From positions 115,988 to 179,987 of the forward strand of contig NMRA01000597.1 of the NCBI GenBank assembly GCA_002633005.1: a stretch of DNA of 64,000 nt, written 5' to 3'. Origin of the DNA: Phoronis australis (lineage: Eukaryota; Animalia; Phoronida). Below are positions 1 through 10,480 of the stretch, piece after piece. The notes beneath the pieces were generated by a model. That model was not told where the DNA came from. It did no database searches and was given only the letters and a program-made list of their open reading frames with translations. Made by a program: the position numbers and the translations under genes. Numbering within the stretch: the first letter of the stretch is position 1; each line of letters starts with the position of its first letter.

Positions 1-438
1 CACTGCAACTCAACTGTAGTTCTCCTGATTAACTTTCTTGAACTTTCTTGATCTTGCTGACTTGATCTGACAAACACAAAGCGTGAGGCTTGTGTATTTA
101 TAACCTAATACATTGTTCTTGAACTTTACATCAATTCATGCACATTCTAGAACTTTCCTGAATGTACCCAATCATTCTACAAACATGTACTAGTCCCTAG
201 AATATTCCGGACTGCATAAATCACTGTCATGCTAGAGTCTTCTAGAAAGTTACACACTATACTGCAGTAAACAAATTACATCATCACTACTGAACTCAGT
301 TTACTAGAAAGTTCCATACTATTCTGTAGTAAACAAATTACATCTCATTGTACTTAACTCAGGGGTCATTCCAATCAAGCTGAATAACAAAACAAAATAA
401 TACAACTAATAATACTGTCAGACTATATTCTGACAACA
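1..438 (-). mobile_element. 3' LTR (partial, runs off the window start) of a Gypsy retrotransposon
   Basis: Lies downstream of the minus-strand integrase. On the minus strand a purine tract (GGCAGGGG, ~441-448) is followed by TGT..., and a TATAAATA box occurs near 95-102. The exact first base (435, 438 or 440) is ambiguous. Confidence 0.6.
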
Positions 439-629
439 CACCCCTGCCAGATGATTTTGTGTTGCAAAATTACAGAGTAATTTTCTATAACAAAATCATC
501 TGGCATATATATATATATACATAACTTACTGCTGTATCCGCCGCTAAAGTGCTCCCTGACTTGCAGTCTCTGCTTCTCAACTTAAGTAGTCTTACCTGAA
601 AGCGTTGAACAGCGAACACTCTTTCTCTT

Positions 630-2045
630 CTACAGAGTAATGACGCTCACTGTATTTAAGCTATCACGTTCGTGATACGCCTTCAACAAATTGGCATGAA
701 AGATCTTAATCTTGCCGTTCATGTTGATTCTGTCGTCTATACGATTGACTTTTTCTTTAACCTTGTAAGGCCCCTTCCACTGCAGTGTAAGCTTATTGTG
801 GTCTGTGGGAAGTAATACTAACACTCTTTGCCCCACTTGAAACTGCCTATCTCTAGCCTTCTTGTCATAGTAACGCTTGTGAATACCCTGTGCATTATAC
901 AAGCCTTTTCTAGCCAACTCACAGGTCTCCTCTAAGTGGTTCCTGAGCTCTAAGACATACTGGTAAGTATTACGGACTTCGTTGCTGTCTTCCCCTGTCC
1001 AGAGTTCACTCAGTATTCGCATCGGACCTCTTACTGATCTGTCGTATAACAACTCAAAAGGTGGAAATCCTGTGCTTGATTGCGGGACTTCCCGGTAAGC
1101 AAACAGGACAGCTGGCAGATCCCGGTCCCAATCCTTTGGTCTGTCTTGACACATCTTCTTCAGCATGGCTTTTAGAACACAGTTGATTCTTTCCCACACC
1201 AGTTACAGCGTGGATTGTAAGGGGTCGTGTACAGCTGCTGTGCACTCACAAGTCTGCTGACCTCCTTCATCAGTTCCACTGTGAACTGCGTTACACGATC
1301 ACTCAGGATTTCTCGTGGGAAGTCTACTCTACTGAAGACTTCTAATAATGCTTCAGCCACACGCTCTGTCTCAATCTTCGGTAGCACCACCGCTTCTGGA
1401 TACCTGGTAGCGAAATCTACCACCGTGAGAATGTATCTGTTTCCCTTGTCGGAAACTGGAGCTATAGGACCAATCAGATCAATCACGATCCTTTTGAAAG
1501 GCTCCTCCATCAAAGGCATATCTCCCAGGGGTACCTTGGTCACTCGACCTTTCGAGATTATCTTCTGACAGATGTCGCATGATCTGCAGAATCTGGTCAC
1601 TTCTGGTGCCACTCCTGGCGAATAGAAGTTTCTGGCGATACGGTCAGTTGTCTCCCTAACTCCGAGGTGCCTTTGGTCTGTCGCTGAACTTTGGCTTCAG
1701 CTTGCTCCCATAACTTTTTCATTGATGAATCTTCATGCTGGGATTCCTTGAACTGCTTTAGTCCCACCTCTTGTATGGTCGGGGACACAGCAAACGTTTA
1801 ATGTCCGATTTTTGTCGCTCAGCCTGTGCCCTGGTAGTCACTGCTACCGCTTCCCTGCTGGATTCATCAGGATCTGTTCCTACCGACATGTCGGCCACCT
1901 CTTCTCTCTCTGGAGTTGAGGTCACAGGGTTTTCCTCTTGGGAAGTAGTGCCTTTCTGAGAGTCATCTTTCGGACCCTCCGCTAGGCTATTGCTTATATC
2001 GTCCTGGTTGACAGTAGTTGCCGTCTGCTGTCGCTCAACAGATTC
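630..2045 (-). pseudogene. Frameshifted Gypsy (Gmr1-like) integrase: zinc-binding region, DDE core and GPY/F module, preceded by an AVTTRAQA linker
   Basis: Split ORFs give HLG...CRSCDICQK, IDLIGP...VDFATRYPEA, SDRVTQF, LFAYREVPQSSTGFPPFELLY and QWKGPYKV. There are several frameshifts. Confidence 0.9.
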
Positions 2046-2480
2046 TTACAAAAAGAAAATGACAAATAACTCCTTTTTCAAAAACTTTATTGGTGCTATT
2101 TGCCTAGTTTTCAATACATTCACCAGTTTGCCAAAATAGTTAAAGCAATGCTAGGTCCAGTGTTCCACTTGTGAACAGTAAAAATGGTACACTACGCACA
2201 GTCAATCAATGTCAAATTTTGACTAAGTTACACACGTATGGGATGGTATCGAGTTTTGTGCTGCCTCTACTTGTTGGTTTGTTGCAAGTTTTCTTGAGAG
2301 ATAGAAAACCTGCCTCTGCAAAGTATTAGCCAAGTCCTGTGTGACATTTTATTGCCCAAAAATTTGATAATGTCCATTTTTTGTCAGATTGGATGCATTC
2401 TGTAAATATCAGTATTGTGCATAAGAACAGCAGTATGTAAAAATACTTGTGGGCAATACTTTATAGCACAGAGGTTGGAG

Positions 2481-2589
2481 GTACATACACTACACAGGGG
2501 TACGTACACTGCACAGGGGTACATACACTACACAGGGGTACGTACACTACACAGGGGTACGTACACTACACAGGGGTACGTACACTACA
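2481..2589. repeat. 20-bp minisatellite (GTACGTACACTACACAGGGG), about 5.5 units, with relic copies near 2740 and 2900
   Basis: Tandem units are directly visible; 2575-2690 is also duplicated at about 2920-3035. Confidence 0.9.
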
Positions 2590-3808
2590 TTTCAATGACT
2601 TGTCAGGTTTATAAAAATACTGAGAATCTACTGAGAGTTAGTTCATTTACCAAATCTATTCAAAGAGAACAAAGAAAAAGAACAGCATACCTGTGCATAT
2701 CTGTCTGTCATTCTTTGAAAACAGGCACATTTTAAAATATAGGGGTACTTACACTACACTAATGCTAATATTTCAATCAAAACAAATGTATTCGTAATTA
2801 ACACTCTTTTAATCTAGCATTTTAATGAAAGACACTGTGTGTGACAAATGTTGCTTACTTACAGTGTACTATTTTTGTTTAATGTTATTTGTTCACATCG
2901 GGGTACGTACACTACACAGGGATACGTACGCTACATTTCAATGACATGTCAAGTTTGCAACTAAATACTAAGAATCTACTGAGAGTTAGTTGATTTACTA
3001 AATCAATTCAAAGAGAAAAAATAGAAAGCACAGCATTTTCCGACTGCAGAAGTGAAGATCATTTTTACGAGAGTTGGGAGAACAGGCTTGAAAGCTCAAG
3101 AAAAGAATATATTCCATTCGTTTTCTGCCCTCATCCGGCCTCGTTTGACTAGTTAAAGACATATTCTTGCTTCGTAAGAAGTATTTGCATTAGAAATTTT
3201 CAGAAAGCTTAATTTCTGGGATAGGCTTCATCGATCTGGTTATTAAAGAAAACAGAAACCACATCAGGCATAGACAGAAACACTAGCGGATCTAGTATGT
3301 TGTTAGGAGGGGTCCAATAACAATTAACGAAGGAAAACTGTCTGTGTTATCCTTATTGCCGGTATCATTCTTCGTTTTGGTCAAGTTGAAGTCAGACCCC
3401 TTGCAACCCATTTGAAATGCACGTGTATATGCAGCAACTGGTGTTACACTTTTTTGCTGAGCAGGCAATTGCTTATTATGCATGTTGTTTTCACAGCTTG
3501 CATTAGATTTCTGAGTTGTTTCACTGTTTTTAAGTCACTAGACGAATAAAATGTTATTTTGTGCCTGTGTACGTGATTAAGCACTTCGTCGCCGAGATAC
3601 TGAAAGTCAAAAAGTTGAACGCCTTTCGGTTCATCTAATATATATAGGTGTTCTACATTAATCAAATTTGTGCTTTAAAATATTTCATTGGTAATAAATT
3701 GATAATTATGAGCAACAGTGTTCAATACAGGCATACAAAAATCACTTTATTTTATTATTTGACTTTGTTTTAGTTTTGGTTAGTTTTCATATGTATTTTC
3801 ATTTTCAG

Positions 3809-4741
3809 TGTCACATTACAGACAGGACAAGGTCGAAAAAATGAAACTGTTGTACAAGAAAGCCAAAAGAGAACTTTAGGGAGATTCATGGCAAAAAGTT
3901 GAATATTTCTACCGCAACCAACCGCGTACGAGATACGACAGCATTCTATCGTCGACGGGTGTAATAAAACCACGACTTAAAAGATTTCAATGGCGATTCT
4001 CCTATTAATGGCAAAATAACTGGAACTTTTCTTTCCGTTAATAACCCGTTCGCTAGGCGAATCGGTGAGCTGCCACACATCTCGCCGTTTGGAGACACGC
4101 GGTTACTTTTACCTGTAAAATTGTTTATGGGGGATTACAATTTATACTTTGCAGACTTTTACTGCTTGAAACCAGGTGATCTACATTACGTAACTGTTGT
4201 CATGACGGAGCCGTATTCTGATGCCGACTTTTTTTGCAAGTTTCGTCTAGTCTCGCTAGATATTTCGGACAACCCGTTTCTCAAACACGACCTTTTCAGC
4301 GGGTGGTCAGCCACCTCAGAATTATGGGTGGAGCTTTTCTTTACGGAGGATATTGATATAAGGGCGGCCTTGCGTTCAGGAGCTGAATTCAAGACTGTTC
4401 TGTCGACAGGTCTCGCCACTCGCTCAGGTATCCCGAAGAACCCATCCTGCACGACGTGTAATGTTGCAAGAAGACAACAGCCTATAGTTCGCCATGAAAG
4501 TAGTTATCGCCGGCCAGCACAGACGACAGGTTATACCAGCCGTTCTGTTAGTGCTGTACTTGGCAGCTCGAAACAACGTGCACTTACGATCTTCTGCCTG
4601 ATAGCTATAACTTTCGTGATTTCGTGGGTGGCATTCTCTTACAGAAGGAACTGGGGACGTGCAGGACTATTATTTCTACCTTTCCGGAGGTATCGTCGCG
4701 GATGTCGAGTGTGTCAATGTGTAAATCCGTTGAGGAAATAA
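3809..4741 (+). pseudogene. PHYHIP C-terminal-domain paralog, pseudogenised exon
   Basis: Acceptor ttttcag at 3802-3808. Motifs FYRNQ, NLYFADFYC, HYVTVV, WVELFFTE and NPSCTTCN are present. There is an in-frame TAG at 3877-3879 (TCT in the paralog) and an extra A at ~3980 causing a frameshift relative to the 24328 copy. Confidence 0.85.
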
Positions 4742-4891
4742 TCTATTGTCGATTATGTGCAGTACCTATAGCCTGGTATTTCGCCGTCTATGATTCTATT
4801 AACACCATAGCAGGCTCTTCAAACCGCTAACCTATGCGGTAGGGAGACTAATATCAGAGTGCTGTGCGGGTGAAGGTCAGTCCCTCAGTGA

Positions 4892-5891
4892 CAGTGGCGG
4901 ATCTAGGATATCACAAGGGAGAGCAACATGTTGTCTGAAAACATGTGTGCAAAGCACGATTAGATGCGCATGGCACCGAATGGCGGAAGGGGGGCGAACC
5001 TCCTCCCGCCCAGGAAAAATTTTCTGTTTTTTCCTATAAAAATCAAGCATTTTCCTTGATTCCTGAAGTATTATCCAAGAAAAAAAGGCAAAGAAAAAGA
5101 AAAAGGAAGAAAAACACGGCGAACGTGTCAATTATGAAATCTACCGTTGTCACAGAGTCGAACTCACGACCTGGCGGAAAGTGCGAGTGTACTTTACCAC
5201 TACACCACCACGACTTCACTCAAAATTTGTTGATAAGAGACCTACTTGTTTATGGTCCACAGCGTTTGCGCGCGAAACCTACTTCTTTTTGTAATGCTTA
5301 TTACACTTTTTATATTTGTGCAATCAGTTCGTAACAAATTTGCTGTATTTAAAATAGTCTTCAGTTGCCCAAAAGATCAAATCCGTTTTTTGTGTTGCCA
5401 CTAATGACGCGATTGCTTTGGAAGTTAAGGTTTGACAAAGAGATAATTATGAGTTTCTGAATGATTCACTGAGGCTTCGATTAAAATTCACATCTTACCA
5501 GCAGCTTCTGTTTTTTCATCGTCACTCAGATTCCATTTTCTTTAAAAAAATTAAGCAATTTTCTTCATAGCACAGTGGAGCAGACGACGGAAACGGATTC
5601 ATAGTGCGCAGCGCCACTGCCGGTCGCCTGGGATATCGCGGGAGAGCCTATACTTAGCCATAGTTTTGTTACGATTGAGCCCTGTTCCGAATTTGACACT
5701 TGAAATTGGATCTGAGCCCCCCCCCAAACACTAAAACTGCAAACATTAAAATCTAGTTTCCGCCGTATAATGTTAATTACCGGGGTTAATTAATTAACTC
5801 AATATTTCCCTACGCTCTTGCTGCTTTATTTTTTTCCGGCAGCCAAGGGGAGGGGGCCCGGGCCCCCTGCCCCCCCCTAAATCCGCCTATG
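4892..5891 (+). mobile_element. ~1-kb non-autonomous DNA transposon (MITE), hAT5-like family, copy 1
   Basis: Imperfect TIRs CAGTGGCGGATCTAGG...CCTAAATCCGCCTATG. Homologous copies at 13002, 44420, 48121 and 49933. The flanks of this copy (AGTGA / GGGTA) do not match each other. Confidence 0.85.
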
Positions 5892-7023
5892 GGGTAACAT
5901 GTTCGTTGAAGCTCGCCTCACAATAATTTCAGTGAACTTGTTTCCTAAAATGAAAATAAAATCATTTGTGAAAATATTTATAACTAAAATAGTATGCTTG
6001 ACGCACATGTAGTGCTCATGGCGCTTTAATGGTAATACGCTATATTGTTTAGTTTTGATACGCAGTAACACAATAATGACGCAAAATGCACCAATCTTAT
6101 TTTGTAACCTTCTTCACGTTTTCTAAATAAAAAGCTAATAATTGTTCTACACACCACGATGCGTTCCCGATTGCTTATCATTGCGTTCTCGATCGCTTCT
6201 TTCAACAGAAAACTGTTGGAAATTCAGAGATCCTGACAAGAATACGAAAAACAAGCGTTGCGTTATAACTTCAGACGTCACTTCTTCATAAATTATGACA
6301 AATTTATTGATATATTGCCAAGAATGACTGCAGTTTGCCAAAATGACATATAAATCACCTTCCGCTCATGCAATGGCATCGGTTAACTTAACTTTTCTCC
6401 AATAATTGGAACAGACAATAGCCAAACCTCTACCTGTCCTTCCTCAATGTGTTACGCTTTGAACCCGTGTCTCTGTTTTCACGTTGAAAGTAAAAACAAC
6501 GAATATTCATCAAATTTACACACCTTGTCTGGTTTCGCTACTCGCACCAAATTTCGTTCTCGATCGCCTTCCGGGCGTTCTCGATCGCGGGTTGGCCGGA
6601 ATGTTAAATGGTACTGGATTTATTTCACGACTGTGAGTTGCCAGTAACAAGCACGTGCAGTACTGTTTTTTAAAGAAATTTTAGTATATTCTCTCGATTC
6701 ATGACAATATTCAATTCTGTCTTCTAAATGGGTGGAATGAAGCATTTCACGACAGATTATTACCTAAAAGTTGCCATAACGATATAGATCAGAATTCAAC
6801 TTAGGCTGGCACAATCATTGCCTAAAGGTATGCAAAGGACGGCAAAACGAGTGTATTTCCTAAGAATGTATACGGTTTTGTATCGCCATGAAACGGAATG
6901 CATAATTTAACATTATCTTATATATGTTGCTGTTTACATTCAGTCAAAAGCGCAGTCACTTTATTTTCCAAACACAGCGCCTAAAACTAAAAGTGTGGAT
7001 TCTTTGAACATTACGTCTACTGG

Positions 7024-7030
7024 TATAAAA
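7024..7030 (+). promoter_or_regulatory. Candidate TATA box of the 7133-10480 gene
   Basis: TATAAAA about 105 bp upstream of the ATG. A TGACGTCA (CRE-like) site is at 7109-7116 and AATAAA at 10603-10608 follows the stop. Confidence 0.4.
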
Positions 7031-7132
7031 TTTCGCCATTGTCGCAAAAATTGCTTCACACTCTCGAGTTCATTAATGTGTATTGCGTGTGTGACGTTAA
7101 CGTATTGATGACGTCATTATTCATATTTGAAT

Positions 7133-10100
7133 ATGGCAGTACCTATCAGGGTATTAGCAGACTTGATGGTCTTTCTAATGGCGTATATATCAGCGTTTGT
7201 GAATATTATCAAGCGACATATACTATCAATCACAAAGAATCTCTTAGACATTACAACAGAAATAATTTCCGTCATGATGGGAGATTTTGAAGATGATGAC
7301 TTGAGCGAGGAATATGAAGATTCAAGTATAGTTTTGACTAAAGTAGATGAAAAGGGACAGACAGAAACGGTTCACTATGAATATATTGAAGACATTCTGG
7401 ACGACGTCACAGAAACACCACACGGGCACCAGGAAAATACAGCATCTGCGACCATCAATTCAGAAACAAATCCCAACACATGTTTTATTCTTCCTACTGC
7501 TACAGTAGGTAGCCAAAGCGCATTGCATCAGAAGAACAACTTCAATGAAAATAGTGAAATTGCCAACGAGTTTGGCACCATGCAACTGCAGGCAAAATGT
7601 AACGAGAGAACAGAAGGTATACTTGCAGTTCAAGGACTGGAATGCATTTCTGACGCGACTGCTAACGGAGAAACATGCATGCTTGATACCACCGAGAGCA
7701 AGAGCGGACGCCTTGCTGATGTTACCGATGGAATGGACAGGTATGTAAATGACATTAAAAATAGCAATGTTGGACGGGTGATAAATGGCACAAGTGGCGA
7801 CGAAGGTAACGAACAAGCTATTCTTAATGTAAATGACAGAAACAATGTTCATGATAAAAATGATGAAGACAAGCGTGATGATCCATGTAATGAGGGTGAT
7901 CCCAGACCTGGTATTATATATGAAAGAAGTGATCATGGGTCTGGCGCTTCACACGAAAACCGTGCTTCTATACATGAGGCACCATGTGATAATGGTGACC
8001 CTGACCATAATACTTCGAAAGGAAACAGTGGTCCATGGCATGATACTCCTTATCGAAAGGGCGATAGTTACAATGATATTCAGCATAGAAATAGTGATCC
8101 CGACAACGACATTTCATGTAAAACCGGTGAGACCCAGCAAGATACTCCGTATGGAAATGTTGTCCTTGAGCATGACTCTGTTTATGAATACGGTGAACAC
8201 ATTGCTGTCGTCACTGCTAACGGAGAAAGATGCATTCTTGATGCCACTGGGGGCACGAACGGACTCCTTGCTGATGTTACCAATGGAATGGACAGATACG
8301 TACGTGACATCAAAAATAGCACTGATGGACGGGTGATAAATAGCGCAGGTGGCGAAGAAGGAAACGAACAAGCTGTTCTCAATGTAAATTGCAGAAACAA
8401 TGTTCATGATGAAAATGATGAAGACAAGCGTGACGATCCATGTAATGAAGGCGATCCCAGACCTAGTATTATATATGAAAGAAGTGATCATGAGTCCGAC
8501 GCTTCGTACGACAACCGTACTTCTATACATGAGGCATGGTGTGATAATGGTCAATCAGAGCATAATACTTCGAAAGGAAATAGTGGTCCATGGCATGATA
8601 CTCCGTATCGAAAAGGAGATAGTTACAATTATAGTCAGTATAGAAATGGTGATCCCGACAACGACATTTCATATAAAAACAGTCAGACCCAGCAAGATAC
8701 TCGGTATGGAAATGTTGTCCCTGAGCACGACACTGTGTATGATAATGGTGATCCAGTAAAGGACACTTCGCGTGGAAAAGGTGATCCAAGACATGATACT
8801 TCATATGGAAATGGTGATACAGTAATTGATATTCCGTATGGAGACGGTGATACAGGGCATGACACCCTGTATGGAGAAGATGGTCTAGGGTGTCAGAATT
8901 CATATTTGAATATGGCAGTAAAAGTACCCATTAAGGTATTAGCAGACTTGATGATGTTTCTAATGGCGTATATGTCACCGTTTGTGAATATTATCAAGCG
9001 ACATATAGTAGATTTCACAGAGAAACTCTTGGACATTACAACAGCAATAATTTCCGTCATGCTGGGAGATTTTGAAGATGATGACTTGAGTGAAGAATAC
9101 GAAGATTCAAGTATCACTTTGACTAAAGTAGATGAAAACGGACAGACCATAACTGTTCACTGTGAATATAATGAAGACATTCTCGACGACATCCCAGAAA
9201 TACCCCACGGGCATCAAAAAACTACAGCAGCTGCAATCATCAATTCAGAAACAAATCTCAAACCATGTATTGTTCCTACTGCTACAGTGGATAGCAAAAA
9301 CGCATTGAATCAGAAGAACAACTTCAATGCAAACAGTGAAATTGCCAACGAGGTTGGCGCCATGCAACTGCAGGCGAAATATAAAGAGGAAACAGACGGT
9401 ATACTTGTAGTTCAAGGACTGGAGCACATTGCTGACGCTACTGCTAACGTAGAAAGATGCATACATGATGTCACCGAGGGCACAAACGGACGCCTTGCTG
9501 ATGTTACCGATGGAATGGACATGTACGTACGTTACATTAAAAATACCATTGTTAGACAGGTGATAAATAGCACAGATGGCGACGAAGGAAACGAACAAGC
9601 TCTTCTCAATGTAAATGACAGAAACAATGCTCATGGTGAAAATGATGAAGACAAGTGTGACGATCCATGTAATGCAGGTGATCCCAGACCTGGTATTATA
9701 TATGAAAGAAGTGATCATGGGTCTGACGCTTCACAGGACAAGCGTGATTCCATACATGAGGCAGCATGTGATAATGTTGACCCTGAGCTTAACACTTCTA
9801 AAGGAAATATTGGTCCATGGCATTATACTCCGTATTTAAAAAGCGGTCTTCACAGTGATACTCAGTATAGAAATGGTGATCCCGACAACGACATTTCATA
9901 TAAAAACGGTGACACACACCAAGATACTCCGTATGGCAAGGGTGATCATGACAACGGCATTCCACACGAACAAGGTGGTCCCAAGGAAAATACTCCGTTA
10001 GGAAATGTTGTCCCTGAACATGATACTGCGTATGGAAATGGTGATCCTCTGCAGGATACTCCGCCTGGAAGAGGTCTCCCAAGACATGATACTCTTTTTG

Positions 10101-10480
10101 GAAATGGTGACACAGGGAACGATACAAATATAGAAACTGAATCTGGAAGTTCTTTTGCGAATAAAGTGCGGGAATATCGTGGCACAGGCGGCAACTACGG
10201 ACTTAAAACTGACGTTATCAATGGAGACATTGTCGATGCCTCTTATGGCAACGAGGGAGGTGTCGATGACCTTACTGGTGACAGAGGTTACAGCATGGGC
10301 CACCTCACCTCTGTCAATAATGAAAGCGTTAGCGTGAGAAAAGGATATACTGATGACGATCACGGCTATCTGAAACAAAAGAAAAATCGTAAGAATAAGT
10401 CTCCGTCACGAACAAACAACGAGAAAAGACTATCCTGGTGGCGACGCCTTTTGTGTTGCGCCCCCTCACCAGAGGCCTGA
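7133..10480 (+). CDS. Intronless ~1115-aa acidic (D/E/N/G-rich) internally repeated protein of unknown function, with two hydrophobic segments, 11-aa repeats and a C-terminal basic + WWRRLLCC tail
   Basis: Uninterrupted 3.35-kb ORF in AT-rich DNA. The first ATG is at 7133. Three diverged internal blocks keep the frame despite indels between them, which implies selection. Confidence 0.8.
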   Translation: MAVPIRVLADLMVFLMAYISAFVNIIKRHILSITKNLLDITTEIISVMMGDFEDDDLSEEYEDSSIVLTKVDEKGQTETVHYEYIEDILDDVTETPHGHQENTASATINSETNPNTCFILPTATVGSQSALHQKNNFNENSEIANEFGTMQLQAKCNERTEGILAVQGLECISDATANGETCMLDTTESKSGRLADVTDGMDRYVNDIKNSNVGRVINGTSGDEGNEQAILNVNDRNNVHDKNDEDKRDDPCNEGDPRPGIIYERSDHGSGASHENRASIHEAPCDNGDPDHNTSKGNSGPWHDTPYRKGDSYNDIQHRNSDPDNDISCKTGETQQDTPYGNVVLEHDSVYEYGEHIAVVTANGERCILDATGGTNGLLADVTNGMDRYVRDIKNSTDGRVINSAGGEEGNEQAVLNVNCRNNVHDENDEDKRDDPCNEGDPRPSIIYERSDHESDASYDNRTSIHEAWCDNGQSEHNTSKGNSGPWHDTPYRKGDSYNYSQYRNGDPDNDISYKNSQTQQDTRYGNVVPEHDTVYDNGDPVKDTSRGKGDPRHDTSYGNGDTVIDIPYGDGDTGHDTLYGEDGLGCQNSYLNMAVKVPIKVLADLMMFLMAYMSPFVNIIKRHIVDFTEKLLDITTAIISVMLGDFEDDDLSEEYEDSSITLTKVDENGQTITVHCEYNEDILDDIPEIPHGHQKTTAAAIINSETNLKPCIVPTATVDSKNALNQKNNFNANSEIANEVGAMQLQAKYKEETDGILVVQGLEHIADATANVERCIHDVTEGTNGRLADVTDGMDMYVRYIKNTIVRQVINSTDGDEGNEQALLNVNDRNNAHGENDEDKCDDPCNAGDPRPGIIYERSDHGSDASQDKRDSIHEAACDNVDPELNTSKGNIGPWHYTPYLKSGLHSDTQYRNGDPDNDISYKNGDTHQDTPYGKGDHDNGIPHEQGGPKENTPLGNVVPEHDTAYGNGDPLQDTPPGRGLPRHDTLFGNGDTGNDTNIETESGSSFANKVREYRGTGGNYGLKTDVINGDIVDASYGNEGGVDDLTGDRGYSMGHLTSVNNESVSVRKGYTDDDHGYLKQKKNRKNKSPSRTNNEKRLSWWRRLLCCAPSPEA

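Noticed and set aside
2481-2589. Regular 20-bp repeats as a possible CRISPR array
   Set aside because: The units are contiguous with no unique spacers, there are no cas genes, and the context is eukaryotic.
5151-5210. Functional tRNA gene
   Set aside because: The acceptor and anticodon stems are not convincingly paired and vary between copies, and it is embedded in a MITE. Kept only as a tRNA-like promoter relic.
7460-10378. Many overlapping and antisense ORFs within the large gene
   Set aside because: Shadow frames of a repetitive, biased coding sequence; no independent motifs.
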